From the IMG/VR virus record IMGVR_UViG_3300035661_000128, positions 1-42,654 of that record: a stretch of 42,654 nucleotides of DNA. One strand, 5' to 3'. Shown here in pieces: positions 19,661 through 28,537 of the stretch. The stretch comes from a virus. Its lineage: Duplodnaviria; Caudoviricetes. Within the stretch, counting starts at the first letter, position 1; each line of letters opens with the position of its first letter. Position numbers and translations under genes: made by a program. The notes under the pieces are model-generated. The model ran no database searches. It was not told the origin of the DNA and saw only the letters and a program-made list of their open reading frames with translations.

Positions 19661-20023
19661 ATGATGTCTCAGTTCAGGATAGGTTTCAGCTTCTTCGGAT
19701 TTGGAGACGCTATCTTATTTGAGGTAGTACCAGGTCCATATAGATCAAACGTCCAAAAAAACGAGGCCGGTGAAGTAGTAGCCTGGAATGAAAGTCCAGG
19801 TCCGAAACATCTTCATCTTCGAGATATGTCTAAAATCTATGGTAATCAATACTTCATTGACTACCATGGCCACGAAACAGTCTATGAACAACGACAAAAC
19901 CGAGCCGCCGAAAAACAACGAGCCCAGCGTGAAGCTGAAGCCGACCGTACTTTTGAAGCATTGCTGGATCAGAAAAAACCAGCACGGAAACGGGCTCGAC
20001 GCACTGATCGGGTTTCCGATTGA
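19661..20023 (+). CDS. hypothetical protein
   Basis: 120 aa ORF overlapping the next ORF. Confidence 0.45.
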   Translation: MMSQFRIGFSFFGFGDAILFEVVPGPYRSNVQKNEAGEVVAWNESPGPKHLHLRDMSKIYGNQYFIDYHGHETVYEQRQNRAAEKQRAQREAEADRTFEALLDQKKPARKRARRTDRVSD

Positions 20024-20192
20024 CTACCCAAAAGAGCACTTACGGGAAGGTTTGACAGGCACAAAATTTCTGGCTACTTCTCCCATCGTTCGGCAAGATG
20101 GTGATACAATCGAAACCGAAAGGACGATCTATCAAGTTCAAAGCTGGTCAGAACCCATCATCACGGCGTCTTTACTTTTCTTACTAGACTGA
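19883..20192 (+). CDS. hypothetical phage protein (start uncertain)
   Basis: C-terminal part of track ORF 19788-20192; TSPIV...IETERTIY pattern; start approximate. Confidence 0.45.
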
Positions 20193-20203
20193 GAAAGGTC
20201 TAC

Positions 20204-21010
20204 ATGAATCTCATTCCCTCCATGCCCGAAGGGGCAAAATCCAAAACCGGTGTCATGGTCCTGACGGGCTTGGCTGGTTTTGTTGTCATCGGCCTGTTGG
20301 CCCCGTTCATCTTCATGGCTCTCGGTGGCCTGATTGGCTTTATCGCTGCCGCTGCGGTTGGCTTGGTGTCCCTGCGGATGGCTCCGTGGTTTTCCATGAA
20401 GGTTTCCAACTTCGGCCTCAAGTTGCTGAAAGGTGAAGCCTACAACAACCCGGTTCCAACCCGAGAAAATTTGTCCATCGAAAAGAAGAAAGAACTGATG
20501 GACGCTGCGAACCACATCAAGGAATTTAACGAAGAAGTAGAAAAATATGCAGGCCAAGTTCAGGCTTTGCAGAGACAATATCCAGCAGAAGCCAAGCGTT
20601 ACCAGGATCTGTTGGAAAACCAAAAAACCATTCTGCAACGCAAGTACGACGCTCTCAAGATTGCCAACCAGAAACTCTTGGAATTCGACCTGATGACGGA
20701 AAAGGTCCGGACTCTTTGGGACATGGGTCAGGGTACCAAGAAACTCATGAAGCTTAGCGGCAGCATGGGCAAGATGACTCCGTTGCAAGAAATCCTGGCC
20801 AGCGAAACTCTGCGTGCTGCGGATGACAGTGTGTCGGAAAGCTTCGCTGCGTTGAATCACATCATCAACACAGAAGAAGACTCGACGGCCCTGCTGCACA
20901 GTCAGACTCAGCAGGCTCAACTGACCAACCAACCAGCCGATAATCTTCTCCAGCCGATTTCCGGCAATGTCTACGCTGCGCCTGATCGTATGGAAAGGAA
21001 GTCTTCATGA
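20204..21010 (+). CDS. membrane-anchored coiled-coil protein
   Basis: Two N-terminal hydrophobic helices then a long helical region; GC-richer codons; ATGA overlap with the SPFH gene. Confidence 0.7.
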   Translation: MNLIPSMPEGAKSKTGVMVLTGLAGFVVIGLLAPFIFMALGGLIGFIAAAAVGLVSLRMAPWFSMKVSNFGLKLLKGEAYNNPVPTRENLSIEKKKELMDAANHIKEFNEEVEKYAGQVQALQRQYPAEAKRYQDLLENQKTILQRKYDALKIANQKLLEFDLMTEKVRTLWDMGQGTKKLMKLSGSMGKMTPLQEILASETLRAADDSVSESFAALNHIINTEEDSTALLHSQTQQAQLTNQPADNLLQPISGNVYAAPDRMERKSS

Positions 21011-21918
21011 ACTCTATTCTCAACACACTTCTCATCAAGATGAAATCCAACTGGATCTATCTGGTCGGTATCCTTCTTTGCTTTTTCTTCGTCTCAACGT
21101 TCTGGCCTTTATATTCTGTGCCAACCGGAAGTCGTGGGGTTATCACCGTCGGCGGTTCCATCAAAAACATCGAAAATGAAGGCTATACTCTTTTGTGGCC
21201 TTGGCAGAAGTTGACCCTGTTCAATATCCGGGCTGAAAAATCTGATGTTGAGGGAGCTGAAGGTAGTACTAGTGATACACAGCCCGTCACCGTCAGCATG
21301 ACTGTTCGTTACTCTGTCATCCCCAACAAGGTGGCTGAGGTTTACGAAAAATATAGCCATGACGGAGACTTATCCAACTATGTGGCAACTGCCACCAACG
21401 AGGTTTTCAAGGCTGTCACAGCGAAGTACACCGCACCGGATCTGATCAGTCAAAGATCAAAGGTGTCTCAGGACATCAACGCCGCTTTGGGGTTGAAGTT
21501 GGCAGTTTATGGTGCCCAAGTCATCAACATCGATATGCGGAATTTTGCATTTTCGAAAAGCTACATGGACGCCATAAACACCAAAGTAACTCAAGAACAA
21601 CTTCGCCTTGGCGCTGAAAATAAGCTGAAGACCGTGGAAGCTGAACAGAAGCAAAAAGTTGCAGTAGCTGAAGCTGAAGCTAGTGCCAAGAAGGCAACAG
21701 CTGATGGAGATGCCTATGCTCAACTGACCGTGGCTAAAGCAGAAGCTGAATCCTTAAAAATTCAAAACTCAGCCCTGCGAGACAGCAAAGACGTCCTAGA
21801 GCTTCGGAGAATCGCAGTCGAACAAACCAAAGCTGAACGTTGGAATGGTGCAGTACCAACCCATATGCTAAGCGGCCAACCTGTTCCTTTCTTCAACTTG
21901 AATGGGGTTGGGAAATGA
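21007..21918 (+). CDS. SPFH/prohibitin (band 7) membrane protein
   Basis: TM helix, VPTGSRGV, TSDTQPV, FKAVTAKYTA.DLI..R, FSKSYMDAI..K, AEAEA coiled coil, RWNG.VP. Confidence 0.9.
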   Translation: MNSILNTLLIKMKSNWIYLVGILLCFFFVSTFWPLYSVPTGSRGVITVGGSIKNIENEGYTLLWPWQKLTLFNIRAEKSDVEGAEGSTSDTQPVTVSMTVRYSVIPNKVAEVYEKYSHDGDLSNYVATATNEVFKAVTAKYTAPDLISQRSKVSQDINAALGLKLAVYGAQVINIDMRNFAFSKSYMDAINTKVTQEQLRLGAENKLKTVEAEQKQKVAVAEAEASAKKATADGDAYAQLTVAKAEAESLKIQNSALRDSKDVLELRRIAVEQTKAERWNGAVPTHMLSGQPVPFFNLNGVGK

Positions 21919-22073
21919 AAACTCTCTTCTGGATCTTCTCGGCTTTCTTGGTTCTCGTTCTTGGTGTCCTGTATATCAATGATCAAGACAACCAGAAGGT
22001 CGCATCAAGGCCTGCGAGTTCTCAGTCCAGCTCCGGGACTTCGGACTCGGCTTTTCAGAACCTAGGGAAGTAA
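21915..22073 (+). CDS. small single-TM protein
   Basis: ATGA overlap; 52 aa MKTLFWIFSAFLVLVLGVLY + polar tail; terminator-like hairpin at 22079-22101. Confidence 0.6.
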   Translation: MKTLFWIFSAFLVLVLGVLYINDQDNQKVASRPASSQSSSGTSDSAFQNLGK

Positions 22074-22116
22074 AACCCAAGAGACCTAACCAGTCTCTTT
22101 TAACTAAAAATAATCT

Positions 22117-22647
22117 ATGTTTAATATTCCAACAATACCATCTCCATATATCAAGTTAATAATTGGTGCAGCTCTATTTTTAGCAGGGTCTGCTGCTGGT
22201 TATAAATGGGAGGAGTCTAAATACCTTAAAACTAAAAACCAATTGGATCTGGTTATTGAATCAGAAAAAGCAGCTAAGTTAGCTTACGATAAAGCAATGC
22301 TAGCTTTAAAACAAAACATAGCCGATCTTCAACTTCAATCCAACAAACAACTACAAGACTACGAAGATAAGTTTAGCTTATATAAGAAGAACCAAGATAA
22401 ATATTTAGCCCGTAAGAACGATGAAATAGCTCAGTTAAAAATCATTGTTTCCAGTCATCAAACCAAAATAACCTTGCTAAAAACTCAGCTAAGTATGGCA
22501 GTGACTCCTGAAGAAAAAGCTGAATTACAAGCAAAGATAACGGAGCAACAGTTACTCTTAGATAGGGCACAAATCAGAGAAGAAGGTCTTTCTTGTTTAG
22601 CTACTCCTATTCCGGAAGAATATATAACTAATTTGAATTCACTATGA
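22117..22647 (+). CDS. Rz-like inner-membrane spanin
   Basis: N-terminal TM + long coiled coil, late Cys (CLATPIP); overlaps a lipoprotein gene. Confidence 0.7.
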   Translation: MFNIPTIPSPYIKLIIGAALFLAGSAAGYKWEESKYLKTKNQLDLVIESEKAAKLAYDKAMLALKQNIADLQLQSNKQLQDYEDKFSLYKKNQDKYLARKNDEIAQLKIIVSSHQTKITLLKTQLSMAVTPEEKAELQAKITEQQLLLDRAQIREEGLSCLATPIPEEYITNLNSL

Positions 22648-22919
22648 AACATTTAACTTTACTTTGTTTAATGGTAGCTGTAGCTTCGTTAGCTGCCTGT
22701 GGTACAATAGTTCCTGTAGTTTCTCCTATTCTTAATTGTGCCAAAGACGTCGATGTTAAAAACTTTGTTCCATGTGATAAGGTTCCGGTTTTATCAGATG
22801 GTGCTACGTTTCAGGACGCATTGAATGAGCTTGGCTTAGTTAAAAAAGCTCTGAATGAATGCTCAGTTAAGGCTGAGTTTTTACAAAATGTTCTAAGAAA
22901 ATGTAGTGAAACTAGATGA
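22644..22919 (+). CDS. Rz1-like outer-membrane spanin lipoprotein
   Basis: Signal peptide with lipobox LAAC, several Cys/Pro. Confidence 0.7.
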   Translation: MKHLTLLCLMVAVASLAACGTIVPVVSPILNCAKDVDVKNFVPCDKVPVLSDGATFQDALNELGLVKKALNECSVKAEFLQNVLRKCSETR

Positions 22920-23385
22920 ACTTATAAATGAACTGAGTTTCACAAAGGATGTGTATCTTAAGTTTGGGTTCGGGGGGCCTGTAAGATTAGAATTTGGTAA
23001 CTTAGTTGTTAGCTTATATAGAGGCATTCGTACTTCAGATATGCTTAGTTTTTTACAAAAATGTAGTATCGGAATTAACGTTATAGAGCCTATACCAACG
23101 GCCTCTTTTACTGATAAAAATAGAACTTTTATTTCATCAAATTTCATAACTCAAACTAAGTTTCTTAAATCTCATCCTAATAATCTTGTCCTAATAGATC
23201 TAGATAATATTCAAAACACTTCTTATCCTCAATCCCCAACCTTGCTATCTAGGTCTTTACTAGAGATGATGTTAGAAAGCAGAGTTGAAGATAAACCTAG
23301 AGAAGCCGAAAAGTTTAAAGAAGTTAAGTCTATTACCGCACCTAACCTTAAAGTAGACCAGGCTCAACTAACCCTTTTTAGTTAA
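22906..23385 (+). CDS. hypothetical protein with C-terminal QLTLF motif
   Basis: 159 aa; ends ...QAQLTLFS. Confidence 0.55.
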   Translation: MKLDELINELSFTKDVYLKFGFGGPVRLEFGNLVVSLYRGIRTSDMLSFLQKCSIGINVIEPIPTASFTDKNRTFISSNFITQTKFLKSHPNNLVLIDLDNIQNTSYPQSPTLLSRSLLEMMLESRVEDKPREAEKFKEVKSITAPNLKVDQAQLTLFS

Positions 23386-23387
23386 GT

Positions 23388-23417
23388 TTCAACTTTGCTT
23401 TTGTTTTTTGGTATAAG
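23388..23417 (+). promoter_or_regulatory. recurring phage promoter motif
   Basis: TTCAAC-N18-TATAAG with TGG. Confidence 0.65.
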
Positions 23418-23480
23418 AAGTATAGAGGAGATAGATATCTGTTTCCTCCATGATTTTCAACTTAGATCAACGAGGCTTTC

Positions 23481-24485
23481 ATGAAGCGATTCAAAATATC
23501 TTTTTCGATGGGAGAAGCCCTCCTGTCCCTGCTTTTCTTCTTGGCTCTGGCTGCGCTCTGGGCAACGCCGGTCCAGGCCCAGACCATGCTACCCGTTTCA
23601 AGCGGCGTGGCAACCGGCTCGTACTACCGATTCATCAACGAGGCCAAGGGGGTATGTGCCGACCAGGTGATGATCAAGAACGACGTCTCGACGGGCTCAC
23701 CGCAGAACCTGGATCGCCTGGAGAACAACGAAGTCTCCGTGGTTCCGGTTCAACTCGATGTCTTGAGCTTGTACGCCAATACCAAGGACATGAGCAACGT
23801 CAAGGTCTTGTTGCCCTTGTTCCCGGAACAATTACACTTCGTGACCCGGGCCAATCTGGGTCAGAAAGAAGGTGGCTACGGCATCGGAAACTTCAAGATC
23901 GGCCAGAAGGATGTGATACTGAACACGGTGGAAGACTTGGCGGGCAAAGTGGTGGCAGCGGCTGGCGGAAGCTACTACACGATCCAAGTCGTGAAACTGC
24001 AAGCCAATCTGCCGATGCAACTGGTCGAAGCCTCGGACGCTGACGCTGTCGTTGCCGGTGTGTTGTCTGGCAAGTACGACGCTGGCCTGCTGGTTGGTGC
24101 TCAGCCTCTGGGAACCCTGGTCAAGATGGGACCCAAGATGGCTGAACTCAAGCTGTTGCCAGTGACTGACAAGATTGCCAACGACCTCAGCAAGGTTTAT
24201 AGCAAGGCTGACGCTTTGACCTATCGTGCCATGGGTCAAGGTGGTGCCAATATCCGTGCGGTCCAGGTGACGTCTGCGCTGGTGACCCAGAATTATCGCA
24301 AGGGGGGCCTAGCTGAAGCCGTGTACAAGCTACGCAGGTGCATCTGGGACCATGCACAAGAACAAGCCGGCACGCCGGGTACCCATCCTGCCTGGCGCAA
24401 TGTCAAGTCCGACGGCACCAGCAACTGGCCGATGTGGGACTACCAACCCGTCGGGCTCAATCAAGTTCCCGTCAAGAAGAAGTAA
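23481..24485 (+). CDS. TAXI-type TRAP solute-binding (periplasmic) protein
   Basis: Signal peptide (VQA|Q), SG..TGSYY, STGSPQNL..L, VQLDV, LFPEQLHFV, TVEDLAGK.V; visibly GC-rich; followed by hairpin+T at about 24497-24519. Confidence 0.8.
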   Translation: MKRFKISFSMGEALLSLLFFLALAALWATPVQAQTMLPVSSGVATGSYYRFINEAKGVCADQVMIKNDVSTGSPQNLDRLENNEVSVVPVQLDVLSLYANTKDMSNVKVLLPLFPEQLHFVTRANLGQKEGGYGIGNFKIGQKDVILNTVEDLAGKVVAAAGGSYYTIQVVKLQANLPMQLVEASDADAVVAGVLSGKYDAGLLVGAQPLGTLVKMGPKMAELKLLPVTDKIANDLSKVYSKADALTYRAMGQGGANIRAVQVTSALVTQNYRKGGLAEAVYKLRRCIWDHAQEQAGTPGTHPAWRNVKSDGTSNWPMWDYQPVGLNQVPVKKK

Positions 24486-24522
24486 CCAAGAAAGGAAGAA
24501 GAGTAAAAGCTCTTCTTTTATC

Positions 24523-24798
24523 ATGACTAAAAAGATAGAACTAAGTGACGTAACCGTAGGTCAATTTGTTGAAGGTGGAAATACTACTTTTACTATAACA
24601 GGTTTTGTGTTTAACACATTACTTAATAGGTTTGATGGTATGACTACTACTTTTGTATTTAGTGTAAGAGATATATTTGGGTATGATGTTAAAGTTAAGT
24701 TAACCTCAAGTAAACCAAGTAATAGAGGATATCTGGTGATTATTCCAGGTCCTGACAATAGAGACATGCTTAATGACTTTAGGACTTGGAATGTTTAA
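24523..24798 (+). CDS. hypothetical protein
   Basis: 91 aa from ATG 24523. Confidence 0.5.
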   Translation: MTKKIELSDVTVGQFVEGGNTTFTITGFVFNTLLNRFDGMTTTFVFSVRDIFGYDVKVKLTSSKPSNRGYLVIIPGPDNRDMLNDFRTWNV

Positions 24799-25615
24799 AC
24801 CCTGTTTTTATCTACAAAATAATCGAGTCGAACGACTTACAGTCCCTGTTGCTAACTATGCCAGGGAACGTGGGATACCCGTACTAGACAGGAGTTATGT
24901 TTCAGGTATAGGTCCAGATGACTGGTTGATTAACTGGGATGAATATAACCAAGTCTTTGTTTATGGTAGTGTTCATTTTGTTAAGGCGGCTAAAAATAGT
25001 CAAAGTTTAGCTAAATACATGGAAAATTATGAAAATAGAATCTTCCAACCTTCTTATATGGGTAGAGTTCCCTGTGCGTTTAATAGTGAAGAATACATAA
25101 TTCTTATTGCAGAACAAATAGCTGAACATTTAGAACTTATGAATTCAGGCTATAAGTGTTTTATTAAACCTGAGTTTGAACACAAAGCTTTTAATGGTGG
25201 AGTTTATGATATAGAGTCTTGGCAAAAATTAGGTGTCAAGCCTTATACTCTTTGCTTTGTAACTAGGGTAAAAACCATTCTTCGTGAGTGGAGAGCTTTT
25301 TTAATTGATAAACAACTAGTTGATGGATGCCAATACATGGAGAGAGGAAAGCTAGACATTAAACCCGGTCTTCCAGAACAAGTTAAAGAATTTATTAAAC
25401 GTATTCCTAGTTACTCTCTCCCACTCGATTGTTTAGTTATAGATATATGTGAGAATGAATTTGGAAACCTGTTTATTCTAGAATTCAATTCCATTCATTC
25501 TTCTGGCTGGTACGCAGCCGATGTTAATAAAGTCTTAGATGCCTGGGTAGAATATGAACGAAAAAAATTTACAGCCAACGACGAGTCAATTAGAAGCATT
25601 GAGCCGACTAGCTGA
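24791..25615 (+). CDS. ATP-grasp domain protein (DUF4343/R2K-like)
   Basis: YGSV, FIKP..HKAFNG, EWRAF, VIDI, ILEFNSIHSSGWY. Confidence 0.75.
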   Translation: MFKPCFYLQNNRVERLTVPVANYARERGIPVLDRSYVSGIGPDDWLINWDEYNQVFVYGSVHFVKAAKNSQSLAKYMENYENRIFQPSYMGRVPCAFNSEEYIILIAEQIAEHLELMNSGYKCFIKPEFEHKAFNGGVYDIESWQKLGVKPYTLCFVTRVKTILREWRAFLIDKQLVDGCQYMERGKLDIKPGLPEQVKEFIKRIPSYSLPLDCLVIDICENEFGNLFILEFNSIHSSGWYAADVNKVLDAWVEYERKKFTANDESIRSIEPTS

Positions 25616-26174
25616 AAATGCACAGGAGTTAGGGTTGGGTTATGGCGACGAAGATGGCCTTGAAACCTGGGTAGTAGAACTTAGTCATTGGGATAAACGA
25701 GGATTAGAACTAGCTGGGCTTGTAGCTAGCTGGTCTAAGGATCCTAGTACCAAAGTGGGTTGTGCCATTTTCAGCCCAGAAAAAACTGTGTTAGGTGTAG
25801 GTTTTAATGGATTTCCTAAAAACACAGACGATAGTCAAATTTTAAACATGGATAGATCTAGGAAGTTATTTAGAACTATTCATGCTGAACTAAACGCTAT
25901 TAACTTCTCTAACGGGGATTTAATCGGATCAACGTTTTATGTAACTCATTGTCCTTGCTCTGGTTGTGCTGCAAACATAATCCAACATAAACCTAGTAGA
26001 GTTTTAGCTAAGCTGGGACCTGATAGTTTAAATGTGGATTGGCTTGCTAATATGGAAGAAGGTGTTTCTATGTTTAACGAAGCTGGTATCCCTCTTCTTT
26101 TTGTTAATCCTAGAAATCAAGCATATGCTATTACCTATTCCAACTATAAACGAGCCGCAAGTTCTAGATCGTAA
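25554..26174 (+). CDS. dCMP deaminase
   Basis: SKDPSTKVGC, GFNGFP, HAELNAI, PCSGCA. Confidence 0.92.
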   Translation: MNEKNLQPTTSQLEALSRLAENAQELGLGYGDEDGLETWVVELSHWDKRGLELAGLVASWSKDPSTKVGCAIFSPEKTVLGVGFNGFPKNTDDSQILNMDRSRKLFRTIHAELNAINFSNGDLIGSTFYVTHCPCSGCAANIIQHKPSRVLAKLGPDSLNVDWLANMEEGVSMFNEAGIPLLFVNPRNQAYAITYSNYKRAASSRS

Positions 26175-26382
26175 ATCTGGATGGTGGATAGAAAACGACG
26201 AAATTAAAGGTGGTCACATAGGTCAATCAAAATTAAGTTTGATTTATGGTATTAACTTATTTGATACCGAGTATGAAGCTTACCAGAAACTTTGGTATAT
26301 ACTAAAAGAAAAGAAGCATGAAATAGAGTGCGGTATAAATGCTGTAGAAGCTAGACTTAATCAATTAGAAAGAGATAGCTAA
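26125..26382 (+). CDS. hypothetical protein (motif-sharing trio, 1)
   Basis: GINLFDTEYEA + coiled-coil tail. Confidence 0.55.
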   Translation: MLLPIPTINEPQVLDRKSGWWIENDEIKGGHIGQSKLSLIYGINLFDTEYEAYQKLWYILKEKKHEIECGINAVEARLNQLERDS

Positions 26383-26805
26383 ATGTTAGTCTTAGGTATT
26401 TGGCTTATTCTTGTCATAGGTGGGTTTTTAGTAGCTATGTCTTGTCCGGATAAATGGTCAGATTTTTTAAAGAAAGATAAATGGAGATGGCATTATATGA
26501 ACTCGTATACTAAATCTAAAGATTGGCACTTTAAAAGTGAACTTTGGTATGTGTCTCGGTTTGACGGGCATACTTCTATTTATAATTGTATTCATGAAAA
26601 TGAAAAAATAGCTAATGAAGAATACGTTTATATAAATGCAGTTTCTAATAATTGGATTCGTCTCAAAGTTGGCGTTGATGTTTATTTAACCGAAAAAGAA
26701 GGTTTGGAATCGATTATTAGTAAAGATCAAGAAAATATTGACTTTATTCAAAAACGAATAGATAGATGCAAGGCTAGACTTGAGGAAATTAATGGGACAC
26801 TATGA
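26383..26805 (+). CDS. hypothetical membrane protein (motif-sharing trio, 2)
   Basis: N-terminal TM; GVDVYLTEKEG + coiled-coil tail. Confidence 0.6.
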   Translation: MLVLGIWLILVIGGFLVAMSCPDKWSDFLKKDKWRWHYMNSYTKSKDWHFKSELWYVSRFDGHTSIYNCIHENEKIANEEYVYINAVSNNWIRLKVGVDVYLTEKEGLESIISKDQENIDFIQKRIDRCKARLEEINGTL

Positions 26806-27121
26806 TCGTAAAGGGTGTGGGCAAAGAGATTGTATTTGTCGACGCGAAACTAGACCTACAACGTATAAACCTAAGGTATGGCTCATAAATCCTAACACTT
26901 TAAAAGTAGAAGAAGGGGCTTGTAGAACCCAGAAAGAAAAATTGGTAAATGGAGATAAAGTATTTAAAGATATAGAAACAATATTAATTCTACAAGAAGT
27001 AGGTAGGGATATATTTCTAACACAGAAAGAAGCTGCAGAAAATCTACGAACTTTCCTTAATAGTGAAATGTATAGACTTAGTGAAGCTTTAGGTTCTTTA
27101 GATACTTTTGGCAGGGATTAA
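26792..27121 (+). CDS. hypothetical protein (motif-sharing trio, 3)
   Basis: GRDIFLTQKEA + helical tail; N-terminal CGQRDCIC. Confidence 0.55.
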   Translation: MGHYDRKGCGQRDCICRRETRPTTYKPKVWLINPNTLKVEEGACRTQKEKLVNGDKVFKDIETILILQEVGRDIFLTQKEAAENLRTFLNSEMYRLSEALGSLDTFGRD

Positions 27122-27150
27122 TTCAATTTACAACTAAAGTCTGGTATAAG
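27122..27150 (+). promoter_or_regulatory. recurring phage promoter motif upstream of hen1-pnkp
   Basis: TTCAAT-N17-TATAAG with TGG. Confidence 0.65.
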
Positions 27151-27244
27151 CTAGGTACAAAACTTAGCTTAGCTAAGATTTGAAATACGCATTCTTTTTT
27201 GCCTAACTGGCTTGATTGCGAAACCATTTCAACCAAGGAAAACC

Positions 27245-28537
27245 ATGTCTCTTTTGACAATTACCTCAACTAACCCTAGTCTTTCCCACGTTTTACAAAA
27301 GAATCCCAATACGATCCGCGAAGCCAAGAAGCCTTTTGAAAAAGAACTTCGTAAGGGTCGTATGTATGGCTGGTTTGAAGGAAAAGATGACACTACGTTT
27401 AAACTGTTGTTTCTAGATTCTGACATCGAAACCTCATTCGGGAACAGAGAAGAGTTTGAATATCTGGATACAAGCCGATATTCCAATCCTTACATTCCGA
27501 TTATGATGATCACGAATGCGTTGACAACTGCAGCTAACAAGGGTCATGAGCTGGATAAAGAAGGATTTGAGACCTGTCTGACTTTTACGATCCAGTGTCG
27601 GTCTGGGATTTTAGAAAAATTTAATTCTCCAGGCTTAAAGAATTTTGAGGCTGCACAAATTGCAGCTAATCACTTCAACGTGACAATGAGTGCGGGGACC
27701 ATCCAGGAACTGCTGAACATTGCGCAATCCCTGTGTGTTCTGGCAGCGTTCGATGACAAAGACTCTTACGTGCCACTGAATGAAGCCGGTGTAACTAAGT
27801 ACCTTAATGTTCTTAACCGGGCTAAAGCTGGGTACAATCTTCGGTACCTGTTTCTTAGCCGGGCTATTCAGAATCGTGCTCAATTCGACAAGCTGGCTGG
27901 GTTGATCCAACAGCCAGGAATGGTCTTTAAGTTTGGTAACACGCAGGTTCAACGCTTTGACGAAGTCAACGCTTTTCTGGATACTGGTAAGCGCGGTGAG
28001 ACTCTTATTGATATTGGCTGCGGTGAGTTATATTCCTCGGTAAAACTCTGTGGTAAGTATGACTTCGTGTTGGCTTATGATGCTGACCAAGAAATAGTAG
28101 ATCAGAACGTACGTAAAGTTACTAAGCGTCAAATCGAGAACATCGAACCTAAACAAGCCGAGGTTAATGCTGTCTGGATTAATGACAATGCTAGTATCTT
28201 TGCTAATGCTGACGTTTTGATGTGTGAATTTTTAGAACACACTGAGAAAAGCAAAGTTATTGACTTAGTTAAAGCCCTGTTGGAAACAGACCTGAATAGG
28301 TTAGTTATTACGGTTCCCAGCAAGGACTTTAATGTCAACTTTGGTATTACTGATCCTGATTGGACCCGACATCCCGATCATTTATGGGAGCCTAACTGGA
28401 CTGAATGGTCTGATTTGATTATGAATATAATTAAAGTTTCTCCTGGTTGGGGCTGGAAAACCGATTTTATCTGTAACAAAGTTAATGACGTTGGTTTGTC
28501 TATCATGACCACGTTTACTCGTCAAGGAGCAGTTTGA
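27245..28537 (+). CDS. hen1: Hen1-like 3'-terminal RNA ribose 2'-O-methyltransferase
   Basis: N-terminal LLTITST...LSHVLQKNP and YLDTSRY (Hen1 ligase-activating domain pattern); SAM motif IDIGCGE, EFLEH, TVPS.DFN, RHPDHLWE. Confidence 0.88.
   Translation: MSLLTITSTNPSLSHVLQKNPNTIREAKKPFEKELRKGRMYGWFEGKDDTTFKLLFLDSDIETSFGNREEFEYLDTSRYSNPYIPIMMITNALTTAANKGHELDKEGFETCLTFTIQCRSGILEKFNSPGLKNFEAAQIAANHFNVTMSAGTIQELLNIAQSLCVLAAFDDKDSYVPLNEAGVTKYLNVLNRAKAGYNLRYLFLSRAIQNRAQFDKLAGLIQQPGMVFKFGNTQVQRFDEVNAFLDTGKRGETLIDIGCGELYSSVKLCGKYDFVLAYDADQEIVDQNVRKVTKRQIENIEPKQAEVNAVWINDNASIFANADVLMCEFLEHTEKSKVIDLVKALLETDLNRLVITVPSKDFNVNFGITDPDWTRHPDHLWEPNWTEWSDLIMNIIKVSPGWGWKTDFICNKVNDVGLSIMTTFTRQGAV

Noticed and set aside
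20138-20932. 264 aa - strand ORF (and similar shadows such as 23450-24043, 23832-24239, 16609-17112)
   Set aside because: Alternative-frame or antisense ORFs over better-supported genes.
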